From Octopus vulgaris (taxonomy: Eukaryota), in assembly GCA_951406725.2 (NCBI GenBank), contig OX597815.1, positions 148,738,001 to 148,802,000 on the forward strand: a DNA stretch of 64,000 bases, written 5' to 3'. The position numbers and the translations under genes are program-made. Shown piece after piece: positions 25,905-38,912 of the stretch; the first letter of the stretch is position 1, and every line of letters starts with the position of its first letter. Under the pieces are notes generated by a model that was given only the letters and a program-made list of their open reading frames with translations, did no database searches and was not told the origin of the DNA.

Positions 25905-27080
25905 CTAGCTGAAGGTGACCCGCTCTACGCGCGGGTAAGAGTGTGGGTGTTACTTTCTGTTGCTTCCTTTCAGCACGTAAAAAGCACCATCCGAACGTGG
26001 CCGATTGCAGCACCGCCTTGACTTGCTTCTGTGCTGGTGGCACGTAAAAAGCACCAACCGATCGTTGCCACTGCGAGCCCCCCTGGCACCAGTGCCGCCG
26101 GCACGATAAAAACACTCACTACATTCACAGTGTGGTTGGCGTTAGGAAGGTCATCCACCTGTAGAAACACTGCCAGATCAGACTGGAGCCTGGTGCAGCC
26201 TCCTGGCTTCCGAGACCCGGTCACACTGCCCAACCCGTGCTAGCACGGAAAACGGACGTTAAACGATGATGATGATGATGATTCTCCGTATTTGTTTCTC
26301 TCTCCTTTCTCTCTCACTTTCCCACTCTCTTACTTTTCTTTTCTCTCTGACTCTCCCTCGCTTTCTCTTACTCTCTATCTTTAACTATCTCTCTCCCATT
26401 TATAAACACAGAAGATCTTGAGTAAGTTGAGAAATAAAATATTTAGAAAGATCAATCAGAAATATGAGGCAGTGGCAATGGAAAGGTCTGCTTCAAGGCG
26501 GACAGCAAAACGCTAACATTCAAAAGGGACAGACGAACTTGCGAGCTGAATAAAAATAATAAAATATTGGAAACCAAAGTTTGAAGGGATAGAATCTGAG
26601 GATTGTAGAGTCACCATGGCTGGCATTTGTTAACGACGGACAGCAACGTAGTGACAGTTTAACGGCTGGCGTAAAATTTTGAACTTGATGTAAAAGAAAA
26701 TTCGTAAACACCAATTTTTGAAGTGATTCTTTCTCACGACAGTAGACTCACCATGGCAAGCATTCAAAACTTCTTTATCATGGACGGCAACACTTTGACG
26801 ATTAAAAGGCTGGCGCAAATTTTTTAGCTTGATGCAACAGAGAATTCCTAAACACCCGCTCTTTGAAATTTTAATCCCCTTCCAGCCCCATTTAGACCCC
26901 TTTTCACATTTTGGTTAATATAACCCGATTTCATTCGGGTGTACTGGGGCCACATTTTATAAGATGAGGAATTTTGTCCTAGAGGTGACGCCTTTCATTT
27001 GAGGAACAAAATAGTTGTGATGCAAACTTGTCAGCACCTTTAACATAGGTGTGCATATTTTCAGGTGAATCGACCGACTA
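25905..27080 (-). mobile_element. Non-autonomous Helitron-like element, interrupted by a SINE
   Basis: Minus-strand 3' end: hairpin CCCGC-GCGTAGA-GCGGG, then CTAG followed by T; distal boundary approximate. Confidence 0.55.
25968..26282 (+). mobile_element. SINE 3' portion (family C) with (GAT)n tail
   Basis: Repeated GCACGTAAAAAGCACC units, TTGGCGTTAGGAAGG-CATCCA-CTGTAGAAAC central block, CGTTAAACGATGATGATG tail. Confidence 0.75.
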
Positions 27081-27105
27081 CGTAATGCACACATATATAT
27101 ATGTG

Positions 27106-27146
<41 letters not shown>

Positions 27147-27288
27147 ACGCATTATATATACAAATGTATACAAATGAGATATATATCTGTATAAATTAAA
27201 TTAGAGATAAAACCACTAATAGGCAAATCAAACAGTGAAAAACCAAAAACAAAAACATAAAAAAAGAAAATATAACATAGAAAATATA

Positions 27289-28203
27289 TCTATATATATA
27301 AAACTGTAGTTGTGTGAGTGTCTGTCCCCTTCGATTTAGATTCCTAACTACTCCCAAATTTTGCGGTGCAGTTTAACCAAATTCGGGTATCTTATAGTCG
27401 TGATTCATATCGAGCCCGTCTGGGTATTAGCGCGCATCTACGATGAGTGTACGATTTTAAAAATAATTTAACATCATTTTTTATTCCATTTTAATGCATA
27501 TTTTTTCGTGTGTCGATGGCGGCGGAGTTGGCGTCCACGCTCACGCCTGCACCTGTGTTGCTTCTCCCCCTTCTTCCCTCCCTCGTGAAGCTGTGGGGAA
27601 GGGAGTGTAAGGAAATCAACGTCGTAATGCGTTGTGAAGGAGACCAGCGTTCTTTTAGAACAACGACTTCATGGCTTGAAGTCGCCAAAACAGAAATCGC
27701 TAAAAAAGCTGAAACAGATCCACAAAAACGGCAAAAACCGCCACACAGGGCAGGTTTCCTGTGCAAACAATTTGCACAACCGAATGTTTTAGTTGTTGCA
27801 CAAATCTTTATATATAAAAGTAAGGTTGTGTGTCTGTCTCCTACGATTTAGATTCCTAACTACTCCCACATTTTGCGGTGCAGTGTAACCAAAACCGGGT
27901 ATCTTATTGTCGTGATTCATATCGAGCCCTTCTGGGTATTAGAGCGCGTCTACGATGAGTGTACGATATAAAAAAAAATTTACCATCATTTTTTATTCCA
28001 TTTTAATGCATTTTTCGCTATTATATAAGGGAAGTAACTCTGTAAAAATGTCTACGATGAGTCAACGATTTAAAAGAGAAATTACTATCATTTTTTATTC
28101 CATCTTTAATGCATTTTTTGCTATTTTTTTTGCTATAACTCACTAAAATGGTTATATAGTTATTTCCCTTACAAACCCGAGCAACGCCGGGCGATACTGC
28201 TAG
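27289..28203 (+). mobile_element. Non-autonomous Helitron with both termini
   Basis: Inserted between A and T, 5' TC, subterminal hairpin CCCGAGCAACGCCGGG at 28176-28191, 3' CTAG; duplicated 5' module at about 27805. Confidence 0.85.
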
Positions 28204-28356
28204 TAAAATATAAAATTGAAAACTTTAAATTATTTAAATTGAAAATAAAAATTATGAAATTATATTTATAATTTGTTTAAAAATATATATAACTATGAAA
28301 AAGTATGAAAAAGTTTAATATACATAAATACAGATATATACACTTTGTATATATAT

Positions 28357-28495
28357 ACATTATATATACATATTTATATATAGAACACACACACACACAT
28401 ACATTATATATACATATTTATATATAGAACACACACACACATACATTATATATACATATATATATATAGAACACACACACACACACACACACACA
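28357..28495. repeat. Three tandem copies of an about 42-bp microsatellite-derived unit
   Basis: ACATTATATATACATATTTATATATAGA(AC)n repeated. Confidence 0.85.
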
Positions 28496-28833
28496 TATAA
28501 ATGAACGCAAGAATATCTGATTCATAATATTTGTTCTCATGCTCGTGTGTTGATTGTTGGTGACAGACATATACTTTATAGACAATAGTCTTTTCTTTAA
28601 TTTAATTTTTTATTATCCATCTGGACTATTTCCTTTCTGCACCCTAATTTTATTTTTAATTTAATTCTCATTCATGTGAAGCCACTTATTCAAGTTTAAA
28701 TCGTTGATGCAATTTTATACCAATTGCTATTTTTACTTATATTATACTTTAGTTTGATTTTAATTATTACTTACTACATATTATTCAATTGTTATTATTA
28801 TTTTTATTGTTAAAGAGAAAGCATCTGACATAA

Positions 28834-29216
28834 AATAGAGAAATATTTTTGTTTCACTTTTAACACGTAATACTGAAATAGTGGAGAAGATATGATATTG
28901 CTATGGGCTTGCTCTAGGCAAGAAGTTGAACGTTGTTTTCTTCCCATGAAACTACATGGACCCTAAGTAAGGCATGTGTAAAATTTGAATGAAATTGGTT
29001 GTGTAGTTCTCAAGATTTAGGGAATCGTAGTGGAGAAGATATGTTATTGCTGTGGGCTCGCCCTAGGCAACTACTTAAAAGTTTTTTTTGCCGATGACAC
29101 TCCCCGGACCCCAAGTAAGGCATATGTAAAATTTGAATGAAATTGGTGGTGCAGTTCTCAAGTTTTAGGGAAACCCACAGACAGACAGACACACATTCTC
29201 AGTTTTATATATATAA

Positions 29217-29219
<3 letters not shown>
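28834..29219 (-). mobile_element. Helitron-like 5' module (family of 18629)
   Basis: Reverse complement matches 18629-18968, including the internal duplication; TC start after A. Confidence 0.65.
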
Positions 29220-29259
<40 letters not shown>

Positions 29260-29737
29260 ACAGTCCTTGAACGGGTACTTCAAGTAACGACTAGATTAGT
29301 GTAACTGACCGCTTATTGTGATCATTCGTCTTTTGGTTTCCTGTAGCTTTGCTCTCTTTTAACATATATTTCCTATTTCAAAGAAATTCAAACAACAGTA
29401 ATAACACCCAAGTTAAAAAGATTTTCAACAATTCAACTTCTGTGGTTGACATTAAGATGCCCACCCCCTACAGGGGCCTTAACTCTCATATTTTAGAGCT
29501 CCATGACCTTCATTTTTTAGGTGCAAAATCTTTTTGACAGGTTCAATAACACTGGAATATTGGAATCTGCGCATAAAAATCAGTAGTATGGGATACATGT
29601 GGCACAATTACAAAATTTCTAGGGTGTGTAAAGAGGGAAATAACCCTCATCTGCAATGTTGATGTAATTCGAAACATAGATATTCCAGTTAATTACAGAA
29701 AATATAACAGAAAAGTCTAATTCTTCAATTGAATGTA

Positions 29738-29765
29738 ACCGGGCAACGCCGGGTATTTCTGCTAG
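29738..29765 (+). mobile_element. Isolated Helitron 3' terminus
   Basis: ACCGGGCAACGCCGGGTATTTCTGCTAG followed by T, similar to 28175-28203. Confidence 0.6.
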
Positions 29766-29924
29766 TACTTGTATTAAACCCCATATCATACAATTACGCA
29801 CATAATTTAATTTAGAATTGATGATCGTCTAAAACATGAAAATGGATATCATGAAAGTATTATTTTACGAATATTCACATGAGTAATGGGTTAAATTAAA
29901 TATTATAGGTCTACATTAATATTA

Positions 29925-30312
29925 ATGGAGGCGCAATGGCCCAGTGGTCAGGGCAGCGGACTCGCGGTCGTAGGATCGCGGTTTCGATTCCCAGACCGGG
30001 CGTTGTGAGTGTTTATTGAGCGAAATCACCTAAAGCTCCACGAGGCTCCGGCAGGGGATGGTGGTGATCCCTGCTGTACTCTTTCACCACAACTTGCTCT
30101 TACTCTATCTACCTGTTTCTGTTGTACCTGTATTTCAAAGGGCTGGCCTTGTCACTCTCTGTGTCACGCTGAATATCTCCGAGAACTACGTTAAGGGTAC
30201 ACGTGTCTGTGGAGTGCTCAGCCACTTACACGTTAATTTCACGAGCAGGCTGTTCTGTTGATTCGGATCAACCGGCACCCTCGTCGTCGTAACCGACGGA
30301 GTGCTTCCATCC
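29925..30312 (+). mobile_element. tRNA-derived SINE (family D), full length with TSD
   Basis: A box TGGCCCAGTGG, B box GGTTTCGATTCC; ACATTAATATTA duplicated at 29913-29924 and 30313-30324. Confidence 0.9.
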
Positions 30313-31508
30313 ACATTAATATTAGTGTTTGAACAAAATAATATGGAAATATTCTTATTAAAATAGTGTGTCCACTACAATATTTTCAATACGATTCGGT
30401 GGATTTCAGCTGGTAGCTTTAAAATTCAATCGATTCATATGGGCATGCAAAAACGCGAACCAATTCATACACATATACACATACTTACACAAACACACAG
30501 ACGTGCAGTCATGCAAATTGACTCACACATACACATGCGCACACACTATTATGTATATATACCAAGTATAGAATTCATCCTGGAGCCACATGCCATATTC
30601 CCCCATATACAATTCAAATTCACTGTACATAAATTCGCTGCAACACAATTTCGTTTCTTCAATAGACACTACTCTGTTTAAATTTATACCACAACAAATC
30701 AGAGAAAATCCCATAAATTTTCTTATATTTATATGGGTACTAAGATGCGTATATATGCTGAGATTTATCACGACTGTGTTTATGTTTGTTTTACACTCGT
30801 AAAACACAAAACGTATCCCGTTGAGTACAGTTGTCTAAAATTGAAATAAAATTCCTTCTGAGTATTTAAGTATACCTGTCAACACTTGTCAAAATGTAAT
30901 CAAACTCTAAAAGCCATCTAACACAATATAAACGTACCCACTGAAACAACCCTATACGTATGTATATTTATTCATGTGCCTCAATGTGTTTCCATATAGC
31001 TAAACGTTTTTCGTGTACAAATATTTACATCTAGATTATTATACGTATTGTTTTCTATATTATATATATTTTTGTTCTTGAGTAGGGTAGTTTTATTTCT
31101 TTTGTCTTCTCAGAATTTCATCAGACAATAATTTAATAATTTGTTAAACATGCACTTGGTGATATGGCTGCCGTAGTTAAAGATTTTCAACCGAGCATAT
31201 TTTACTAGCTTTTTTTCCCAAATATATCGAATTATTTTGAAATTTTATATTGATAATTTTCTTCTTTTAGCATTTTAGACAAGATGAGGCCATAATTGAA
31301 TATTGAAAGAATATACAATACGATTAATGGTATTTTGGCTATGATGTCAACTGTTTACTATGATCTTGAATATAAGACATGGATCAATTACCGATTGTGT
31401 GCATATGGATACATCTTTATCTATGGTTACAATTTCAATATACGCAGGTTTCATATACTTTGTTTGTGACGAATGAAATTTTATGGTCTTTCATGCTATT
31501 AATATATG

Positions 31509-31592
<84 letters not shown>

Positions 31593-32203
31593 TGTTTACA
31601 AGTAGGTGTGGGTGTGATATGATCCATTATGACGACGTATTTCATCTTCAGTGCGGAACTAGTCTGAACTGCGTACCCTCGCCGACGCTTTCTGCATTCT
31701 CTGCGCATGACCATTAATATTGTGGCACAGTTCATTACGAGAGAAACAAATAGGGTGTTCTAATTCCACACAAAATTGTGTGTATATCTGTTAAGTAACC
31801 GACAACCCATAACTGACTGCGAAAGTCGAGGCGAGTGTAATTTAGACCCAGTAATCAATATGGAAACGAACTCGGAACTGAATCTGGCAACATTTGGTTC
31901 CTTGGCAACCGGAAGGGAGTTGCAAATACAACGTGTAGAAAGATGAAAAAGCATTATCGGAAACGATGTGGAAAATTATCCCAGAGTACAGACCATAGTG
32001 GTTCGATAAATGCTGCAATTATCACCTCATCCCAAGCGATAACTAAAGGTTGTAGTTCAAATGCCTCAGATAATACTCACTAGAAATCTAAGGTTCTGGT
32101 GTCTGCTGCTACTGACATTTTGCTGAAAAGCAGGTAGGTTTTATACGGCTTTGAGCAACATCACATATTTCTGCTTATTTCTGTATATATAAATATCAAT
32201 ATA

Positions 32204-32307
<104 letters not shown>

Positions 32308-32410
32308 GCCGGGTATAAGCTGCGTCTGCGCAGTGGTCTGAAAAGTTAGGATATACAGGCAGTTAGTTTTACATGTCGATCTGGATGTATGTATATTTGA
32401 AATCCAAAGT

Positions 32411-32485
32411 TTTCCCACTGATGAAGACTGGCTTTCAGCAAATATCTTTTTTGCGGGAAATTGTTAGAAATCATTGTCCGGGAAA
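32411..32485 (+). ncRNA. Type I hammerhead motif with extended stem II
   Basis: Stem I UUUCCC/GGGAAA (innermost pair A-C mismatch), CUGAUGA, GAC/GUU plus UUUC-GCAAA/UUUGC-GAAA hairpin, GAAA-UCAUU-GUC. Confidence 0.6.
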
Positions 32486-32612
32486 TAATTGAGATGGTAA
32501 ACGTTTATAATTTTCATTCCTTTCGAAAATTAATCCTTAATTGGTTATTTGAGTTTTCCACTGCTTTTCCTAGCACAAGATTTTCTTATTTGGAAGCCTC
32601 TTGTTGTATTTC

Positions 32613-32614
<2 letters not shown>

Positions 32615-32694
<80 letters not shown>

Positions 32695-32695
32695 A

Positions 32696-32727
<32 letters not shown>

Positions 32728-32746
32728 GTATATATATGTATATGTC

Positions 32747-32833
<87 letters not shown>
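32615..32833. repeat. Compound (TA)n/(CA)n microsatellite (one of dozens in the window)
   Basis: Direct reading. Confidence 0.95.
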
Positions 32834-32836
<3 letters not shown>

Positions 32837-33414
32837 ATACATATATAGAGTAGCGAATATTCGAAATAAATATCGCAACTAGTGGCCTAGCATGTATAAA
32901 TAGTCAATAGGCAACATATTCATATTTTAAAATAGTGTACATTTAAACACAAAAGAAAACTACCCTTCAACAGGTAATTTTTACATGCTAGAAATAGAAG
33001 CCAACGCGGCCTAAACCATGATTTACTATCAATTTTCAAAATAAATGAAAACAAAAACCTTGTTATTTTTATTAGCCGTTATACCATGGTTTCGAATTTC
33101 TTTACAAATAAGATTATTTGGCATCCGTTAATAGGTAATTTATCAAAACAATATTATCCGCCAGGCGTATTCTCGTCAGCAACCAGCCTCAAGAACTAAC
33201 TTCTAATTCAGAGACAGATTACACATGTGCCGTCATTATTTGTTATAATTTTTCAAAATTCCGCGAGCAGGCGTATTTGCACTCGGCAATAAATATAATG
33301 CCGAGCTAAGTCATCGAGAATGATAAGAACATATTCATAAGATACATACATATGGTAGCGAATATTCGTTATAAATATCACCACTAGGGGCCTAGCATGT
33401 ATAAATAGTCAATA
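32832..33414 (-). mobile_element. Direct repeat-bounded element with hammerhead relic
   Basis: About 78-bp direct repeats at 32832-32909 and 33337-33414; minus-strand CUGACGA at 33179-33173 with decayed GAAA. Confidence 0.5.
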
Positions 33415-33997
33415 TCTAAAATTGGTCATTCCAAGAATAGAGTTTATACACAGTGCTATTGAATGCAGTGTTTTATTTAAAGTGACCGAGAATTAGGGAA
33501 TGTATTTGTAAGGTCGAATCGAAAATAGGAAAAGAGGAATAACGAAAAAAGAAAAAAAGAGAAGAAAATGAAGAAAAAAGACGAAAAAAGGAAAAAAAAA
33601 GAAGAAAACAAAGACAAAAGATAAACAGAAAGAGAGGAATAAAGTAAAGACAGAAAAAAAGAAGAAAGAAAAACAAGAAGATAGATAAGAAAAGTGTACC
33701 AGTTAGTGGTCAGCCAAGATAATTTGTAAGTAGGAATGGGGAGCACTCTCTACTTCGTATCTTATCCAAATTAACCATTGCTTAACCATTTTCTCACACC
33801 GTCTCCGATGAAGGGATATATTAAATTTCCTGCAGACATCTGCAAGACCTTCTATATATAAATGTTCTAAAATCTTCAGAGTCTTGTTTTTTATTTTCTC
33901 ATTCTGAAACAAAAGTCTTATATATACACATGTTGATATATGACCTAGGTTGAACTCCTTATTCGCATAATCACCGAAACTTGAGCTTAACTATGGT

Positions 33998-35413
33998 ATG
34001 TCCATAGCATTTGGTATTACCCGACACCTTTGGGTATTACTGACACCATTACCTCTCATAAACTCCCTATATTTGTATATCATCAAGGTATTTGAGAGGG
34101 TGCTGAGATCGCGTATGACTCACTTCCTTGAGAGGCATAATATGCTGAACCCCAACCAGCATAGATTCCGTAATGGGAGAGATTGCCTGACGCAGCTACT
34201 GCATCATTTTGATGACATTTTGAGAGCCTTGGGAGAAGGTTCCAACACTGATGTCATCTACCTTGATTTCAGCAAGGCCTTTGACAGGGTTGATCATAAG
34301 ATCCTTCTGAGAAAGCTGTCCAATATTGGTGTCACTGGAAAGTTGCTGCAGTGGATCAAGTGCTTCCTGTCTAACAGAACCCAGCATGTTGTAGTCGAAG
34401 GAGTCAAATCCAGCCCAGCCAAAGTCAGCAGTGGTGTCCCACAAGGCACTGTGTTGGGCCCACTTCTCTTCATCATCTACATAAATGATATTACTGATAC
34501 CATCAAACACAGTAACATCAGAACCTTCGCTGATGACTCCAAGCTCCAGAAGGTCATCAATGGCGTGGATGACCGAATAAACCTTCAGTCAGACCTACTG
34601 GCTGTTGTCCAATGGGTTGAAAAGAATAACATGTTGCTAAATGAAGACAAATTTGAACTGATCCACTTTGGAAGGGAGGACGCTCTGAAACTCCCATACT
34701 CTCTTCCTTCTGGAGAAATTCTCATGGCATCCAACAGCATCAGAGACCTGGGAGTAACAGTGGACAACAACATAAGCTGGGCTACACATATAAGCAGCAA
34801 AGTTGACATGGCCCGCAGAATGTGTTCCTGGATTCTCAGAACCTTCCAGTCGAGAGATTCCCACGCTATTATCCTTCTCTTCTCCACTTTTGCCCGACCC
34901 CACCTTGAATACTGCTGTCCACTGTGGTCTCCCTACACAAAACAAAATATTATGAGAATTGAAGCTCCCCAGAGGTCAATCACAAAAAAGATAGATGGCA
35001 TGTCAGACCTTTTCTACTGGGGTAGACTAGAGAAGCTGAAATTGTATTCACTCCAACGACGCCGTGAACGCTACATTATCTGTATGATGTGGAAAATATT
35101 CCACCAGCACTGTCCGAATGATGTTGGCATCACCTTCAAAATGCATCCAAGGCTTGGACCACGTGCCATCCGTCCACAACAAAAATCTAAATCGCATCAC
35201 ATAACGACAATACGGCACAACTATTTCACCTCAATTGGACCTGCTCTCTTCAACATTACACCAGGGCACGTCAAAAAAGAAACTGACCACGCAAAATTCA
35301 AGAAGTCTTTGGACAAATTCCTTCAAACAGTACCGGACAAACCACCCACACCCGGATATGTCTCCGCAAACAATAACTCTCTGCTCGAATGGGCCTTGGT
35401 GCCCAAATCCTGA
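33998..35413 (+). CDS. Reverse transcriptase ORF of a 5'-truncated CR1-type LINE (element-derived from about 34079)
   Basis: YLDFSKAFDRV, GVPQGTVLGPLLF, FADD, RDLGV, LQRRRERY; no stops or frameshifts; first about 27 residues come from flank. Confidence 0.93.
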   Translation: MSIAFGITRHLWVLLTPLPLINSLYLYIIKVFERVLRSRMTHFLERHNMLNPNQHRFRNGRDCLTQLLHHFDDILRALGEGSNTDVIYLDFSKAFDRVDHKILLRKLSNIGVTGKLLQWIKCFLSNRTQHVVVEGVKSSPAKVSSGVPQGTVLGPLLFIIYINDITDTIKHSNIRTFADDSKLQKVINGVDDRINLQSDLLAVVQWVEKNNMLLNEDKFELIHFGREDALKLPYSLPSGEILMASNSIRDLGVTVDNNISWATHISSKVDMARRMCSWILRTFQSRDSHAIILLFSTFARPHLEYCCPLWSPYTKQNIMRIEAPQRSITKKIDGMSDLFYWGRLEKLKLYSLQRRRERYIICMMWKIFHQHCPNDVGITFKMHPRLGPRAIRPQQKSKSHHITTIRHNYFTSIGPALFNITPGHVKKETDHAKFKKSLDKFLQTVPDKPPTPGYVSANNNSLLEWALVPKS

Positions 35414-35497
35414 ACTGAAAGACTTCACCAGGTGGTGCTATTAAGTTAGACATGGCCTGGGCCAATAGTGGCCAAAACCTTTCTAAGTTATTCTAAG

Positions 35498-35500
<3 letters not shown>
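34079..35500 (+). mobile_element. CR1-type LINE, young 5'-truncated copy
   Basis: RT ORF, 3' UTR hairpin GGCCA-ATAG-TGGCC, (TTCTAAGTTA)2 tail abutting (TA)n. Confidence 0.93.
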
Positions 35501-35538
<38 letters not shown>

Positions 35539-36547
35539 TTTATTATCATAAGTCTTAACTTATTGAAATACGTACAGCTGCCTGGAAATAAAGCGTTATT
35601 CGACCAGGATCAAAGCTATTGACTATTGGTATATTTTCTTTGCATGGTGATACCCTTATTGCATTGCCTGATATTGATTTATACACTAATGTAATAGGAT
35701 TAGCTTTTATATCTTATAGGGATACTTGCAAGTTAACCGAGAACAGAGAGACACTACTCGTTATCATGTTAAATTAGAAATGTTGACGAAACCGTGTAGT
35801 CATATCATTTCAATAAATAGAAGAAAATATCTATAATATACATAATACGCAGTTTACTAGTATTTATCACATATTTTATCCATATTTCAAATGATCATAG
35901 TCATTTCATGTAGATGATTAAAGTCTATCCAAAGAGAATTTAAACAATTCGTAATACCATAACGGGTAAGACGGGTTGGATTTGATCTGCTTACCATACA
36001 GAATTATTAACCAATCTTTTTTGCTGTTATTGGTGTAATTAGCTCTAAAAGAACGCGATGCACCTTAATAATGAAAAAAGAGTTATGATAACGGTTATCT
36101 CTCTTACGCTGTAGAATTACATTACTCGATTTGTTGTTATTCGAAATAAAATTAATATCGTTATGACTTGATTTCATGTCCTGATTAATAGAGTTAGAAT
36201 TAAAGTCAACATGGTTAATATAGGTAATGTTTTGTTAATAGCCTGCTTTAAGTAAGACAGAGGTATAAAATTCAGCTTTATCGTTGAAGATATCGATTTT
36301 AGTAGATAATCTAGAAGGACTTCTTACATTTCACCTCCACTAGATATATCTACTTCTGTGTCTTTAGGCTTTATTCTAATTCACCGATCGCTCTATATCT
36401 CTCAACTATTAGTTTTCTGATAATTTCTTTCTTTCTCCTCCGTCTCTTTCTATAGATTGACGTTGCATCTACTAACGGGTATTTAAAAAAACATACTAAC
36501 GTTTCCTTCATCATATACAAAGACATTACATTATGTAAGAATGTCTT

Positions 36548-36910
36548 ATTACTGTGTTTCGCTTCTTTCTTTTCCCGATGAGAATATTGTATTGTTTTAT
36601 ACCATTTTATACCTTCTGGAATGACACCAATGCTTTTTAAAAAAACATATGTCGGAATTAAAAAGATATGAATAACACACGCGCTTAACTCAATTTGTTC
36701 ATTTATCTACATATATACATACACACACACACACATGTGTGTATATTTGTAGATGAATGAACAAATGGAGTTAAGCGCGTGTGTTATTCAGATCTTTTTA
36801 ATTCCGACATATGTTTCTAAGAAAGCATTGGTGTTATTCCAGAAGGTATAAAATGGTATAAATCAATACAATATTCTCATCGGGGAAAGAAAGAAGCGAA
36901 ACACAGTAAT
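36548..36910. repeat. Imperfect inverted repeat with about 175-bp arms centred on a (CA)n/(TG)n tract
   Basis: 36548-36722 is the reverse complement of 36736-36910 with roughly ten differences. Confidence 0.93.
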
Positions 36911-36915
36911 GTGTG

Positions 36916-36961
<46 letters not shown>

Positions 36962-36981
36962 CATAAATATATATATATACA

Positions 36982-37024
<43 letters not shown>

Positions 37025-38489
37025 GCACACAGAGAAGGAAAAGGAGTGAGAGAGAAAATTTAGAAAAAGGAGAGGTAGCATTAATATAATTTATTAACTG
37101 CAAAATCCAACATATTCAATTTTTGTTGAGGTTATTTGAAAACACAACCCCAAATAACATAACGGTATATCTTTTCTAAACCTCTGATGAAATTTTGCCT
37201 AACACAATGATTTAATGATTGTAATTTAATCTTTAGGTTAAATTGAAACGCCCGAGAGAGATAATATGTTGGATTTTGCCAGTTAATAAATGGTACTAGT
37301 GCTACATCTTCATTTTTAAAATTTTCTGTTGAATATTTATAAACCAAGATTTATTTCTAGACTTATTATATTATGAATTTTATTATTTACCAAAAAATGC
37401 AACGATATAAACCAGTAATTCATTGGATATTATTACCCAGCATTGAGGCTATATATATATATATATATACCCACTCATCTATATACGACAGACTCCCACA
37501 CAGCTATTTTTATACCAATTCCTCTTACAATGATGTGTTCCTCTCTTGGTTATACACATAGACGCTTGTCCAACATTACGCAGTGGGATTGAATAGACAA
37601 CTACGTAGCTGAAAAACAAGCTTCTTAACCTCAAAGCTATAACAGTTCCTAGTTTGTTTTATAAATCTTTCCTTTCTTCAACTAAAACTTAGTTTGTCCA
37701 TTCAGAAATAGTATTGAATACAAAAAATCTAATATACTATTCTCAAATCTAGCACAACCATTTTTGCGACTCGATTTGCTATTCCATCCCAGCATAGACA
37801 TAGGGCACAATGGGGTATGGCAGGTACAAAAATAAGAAGGATAAAAATAAGAATGATTGAATATTTAGTAGCTTCTAACCGAGGCTATAGAGGAAAGAAT
37901 TGGGGATTGGTGAAGCATTTTTAATTAAAACTAAGTATGCTGAGCATAAATGACTCTAGCAATTCGTAAATAAGTATTCCACAGTGTTTGAGAATATTTT
38001 ATTTCAATCCAAATAAGACGTTTTGTTACATGGAACTTTTTGGCATATGTAAGTCAGGGAAATGTAAATTTAGACCAAATGACGTATGTGTTAGAGCACT
38101 AAGATAATTAGCGTAAGTAACGTATCATACAATATTCTTTCGACTAAATATGGCAACGAGCTGGCGGAATCATTAGCAGGCCGCCAAGCATATTGTCCGT
38201 CTTTACATTTTATTTTAATTGAATTTGAACTTAATTGTAATTCGAATATAATTATAGCCATGAAACGTACGTAGTGTTTTTAACTACTTCATTATATTTA
38301 TCAATATTTTTATACTTTTTGAAAAAAGAAAACAAAATATATATGTTTATTATATATTATATTAATTATATTTATATTATTTGTTATTTATGTATTGGTT
38401 TATGTCTATCACTGTTTGAGTTGCATAATAGTGGTTTTATCTCTAATTCATATTTTATATATATATATAAAATGTACTTTTGTTACTGT

Positions 38490-38656
38490 AATCTCAGCTC
38501 AGAGCTGTAGCCATGCTGATATACCGCAGTGTTGCTACACTGTTATTACTGAGAAGAATGGAGAATGATATAGCTATCCTCATTTGCACCTCTTGCGGTG
38601 CAAATAGTAGGTTTATCTGGGTCTCTCGACAGGAAGATGTCCAGTTTGGATTTAAA
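38490..38656 (-). mobile_element. CR1-type LINE short 3' fragment (family of 24398)
   Basis: Similar to about 24405-24595. Confidence 0.8.
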
Positions 38657-38657
38657 T

Positions 38658-38691
<34 letters not shown>

Positions 38692-38912
38692 CCATGGATG
38701 ACCAAAAGTCAACCGACAGTAAATCAAAATTCTATAAACATCATCTGGAATTCTTATTGACTCCAATGGAAAAAAGTTTCGTTGAAGGACATCAGCTTGA
38801 AATATTTTCATATTTAGATGCTTTTATTAAATAAATTCAGTTGTTAAACATAAATAAATCTTGACATAAAATTGTTTTGATTTACTAGCAGGCGACTTTT
38901 GACCAACCTTGT
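38692..38912. mobile_element. Small Tc1/mariner-type MITE
   Basis: Imperfect TIRs CAAAAGTC..AGTAAATCAAAA and TTTTGATTTACT..GACTTTTG in TA context. Confidence 0.6.

Noticed and set aside
29630-29685. GAGGG-AAATAA-CCCTC hairpin near GAAAC as a hammerhead
   Set aside because: Core elements are not in the right order on either strand
29926-30000. tRNA gene
   Set aside because: tRNA-like head continues into a SINE body flanked by a target site duplication
33473-33746. Hydrophobic Phe/Leu-rich ORFs as membrane proteins
   Set aside because: Antisense of a purine-rich low-complexity tract
33998-35413. Retron, group II intron or domesticated RT
   Set aside because: Motifs, 3' UTR, tail and sibling fragments identify an ordinary truncated CR1-type LINE
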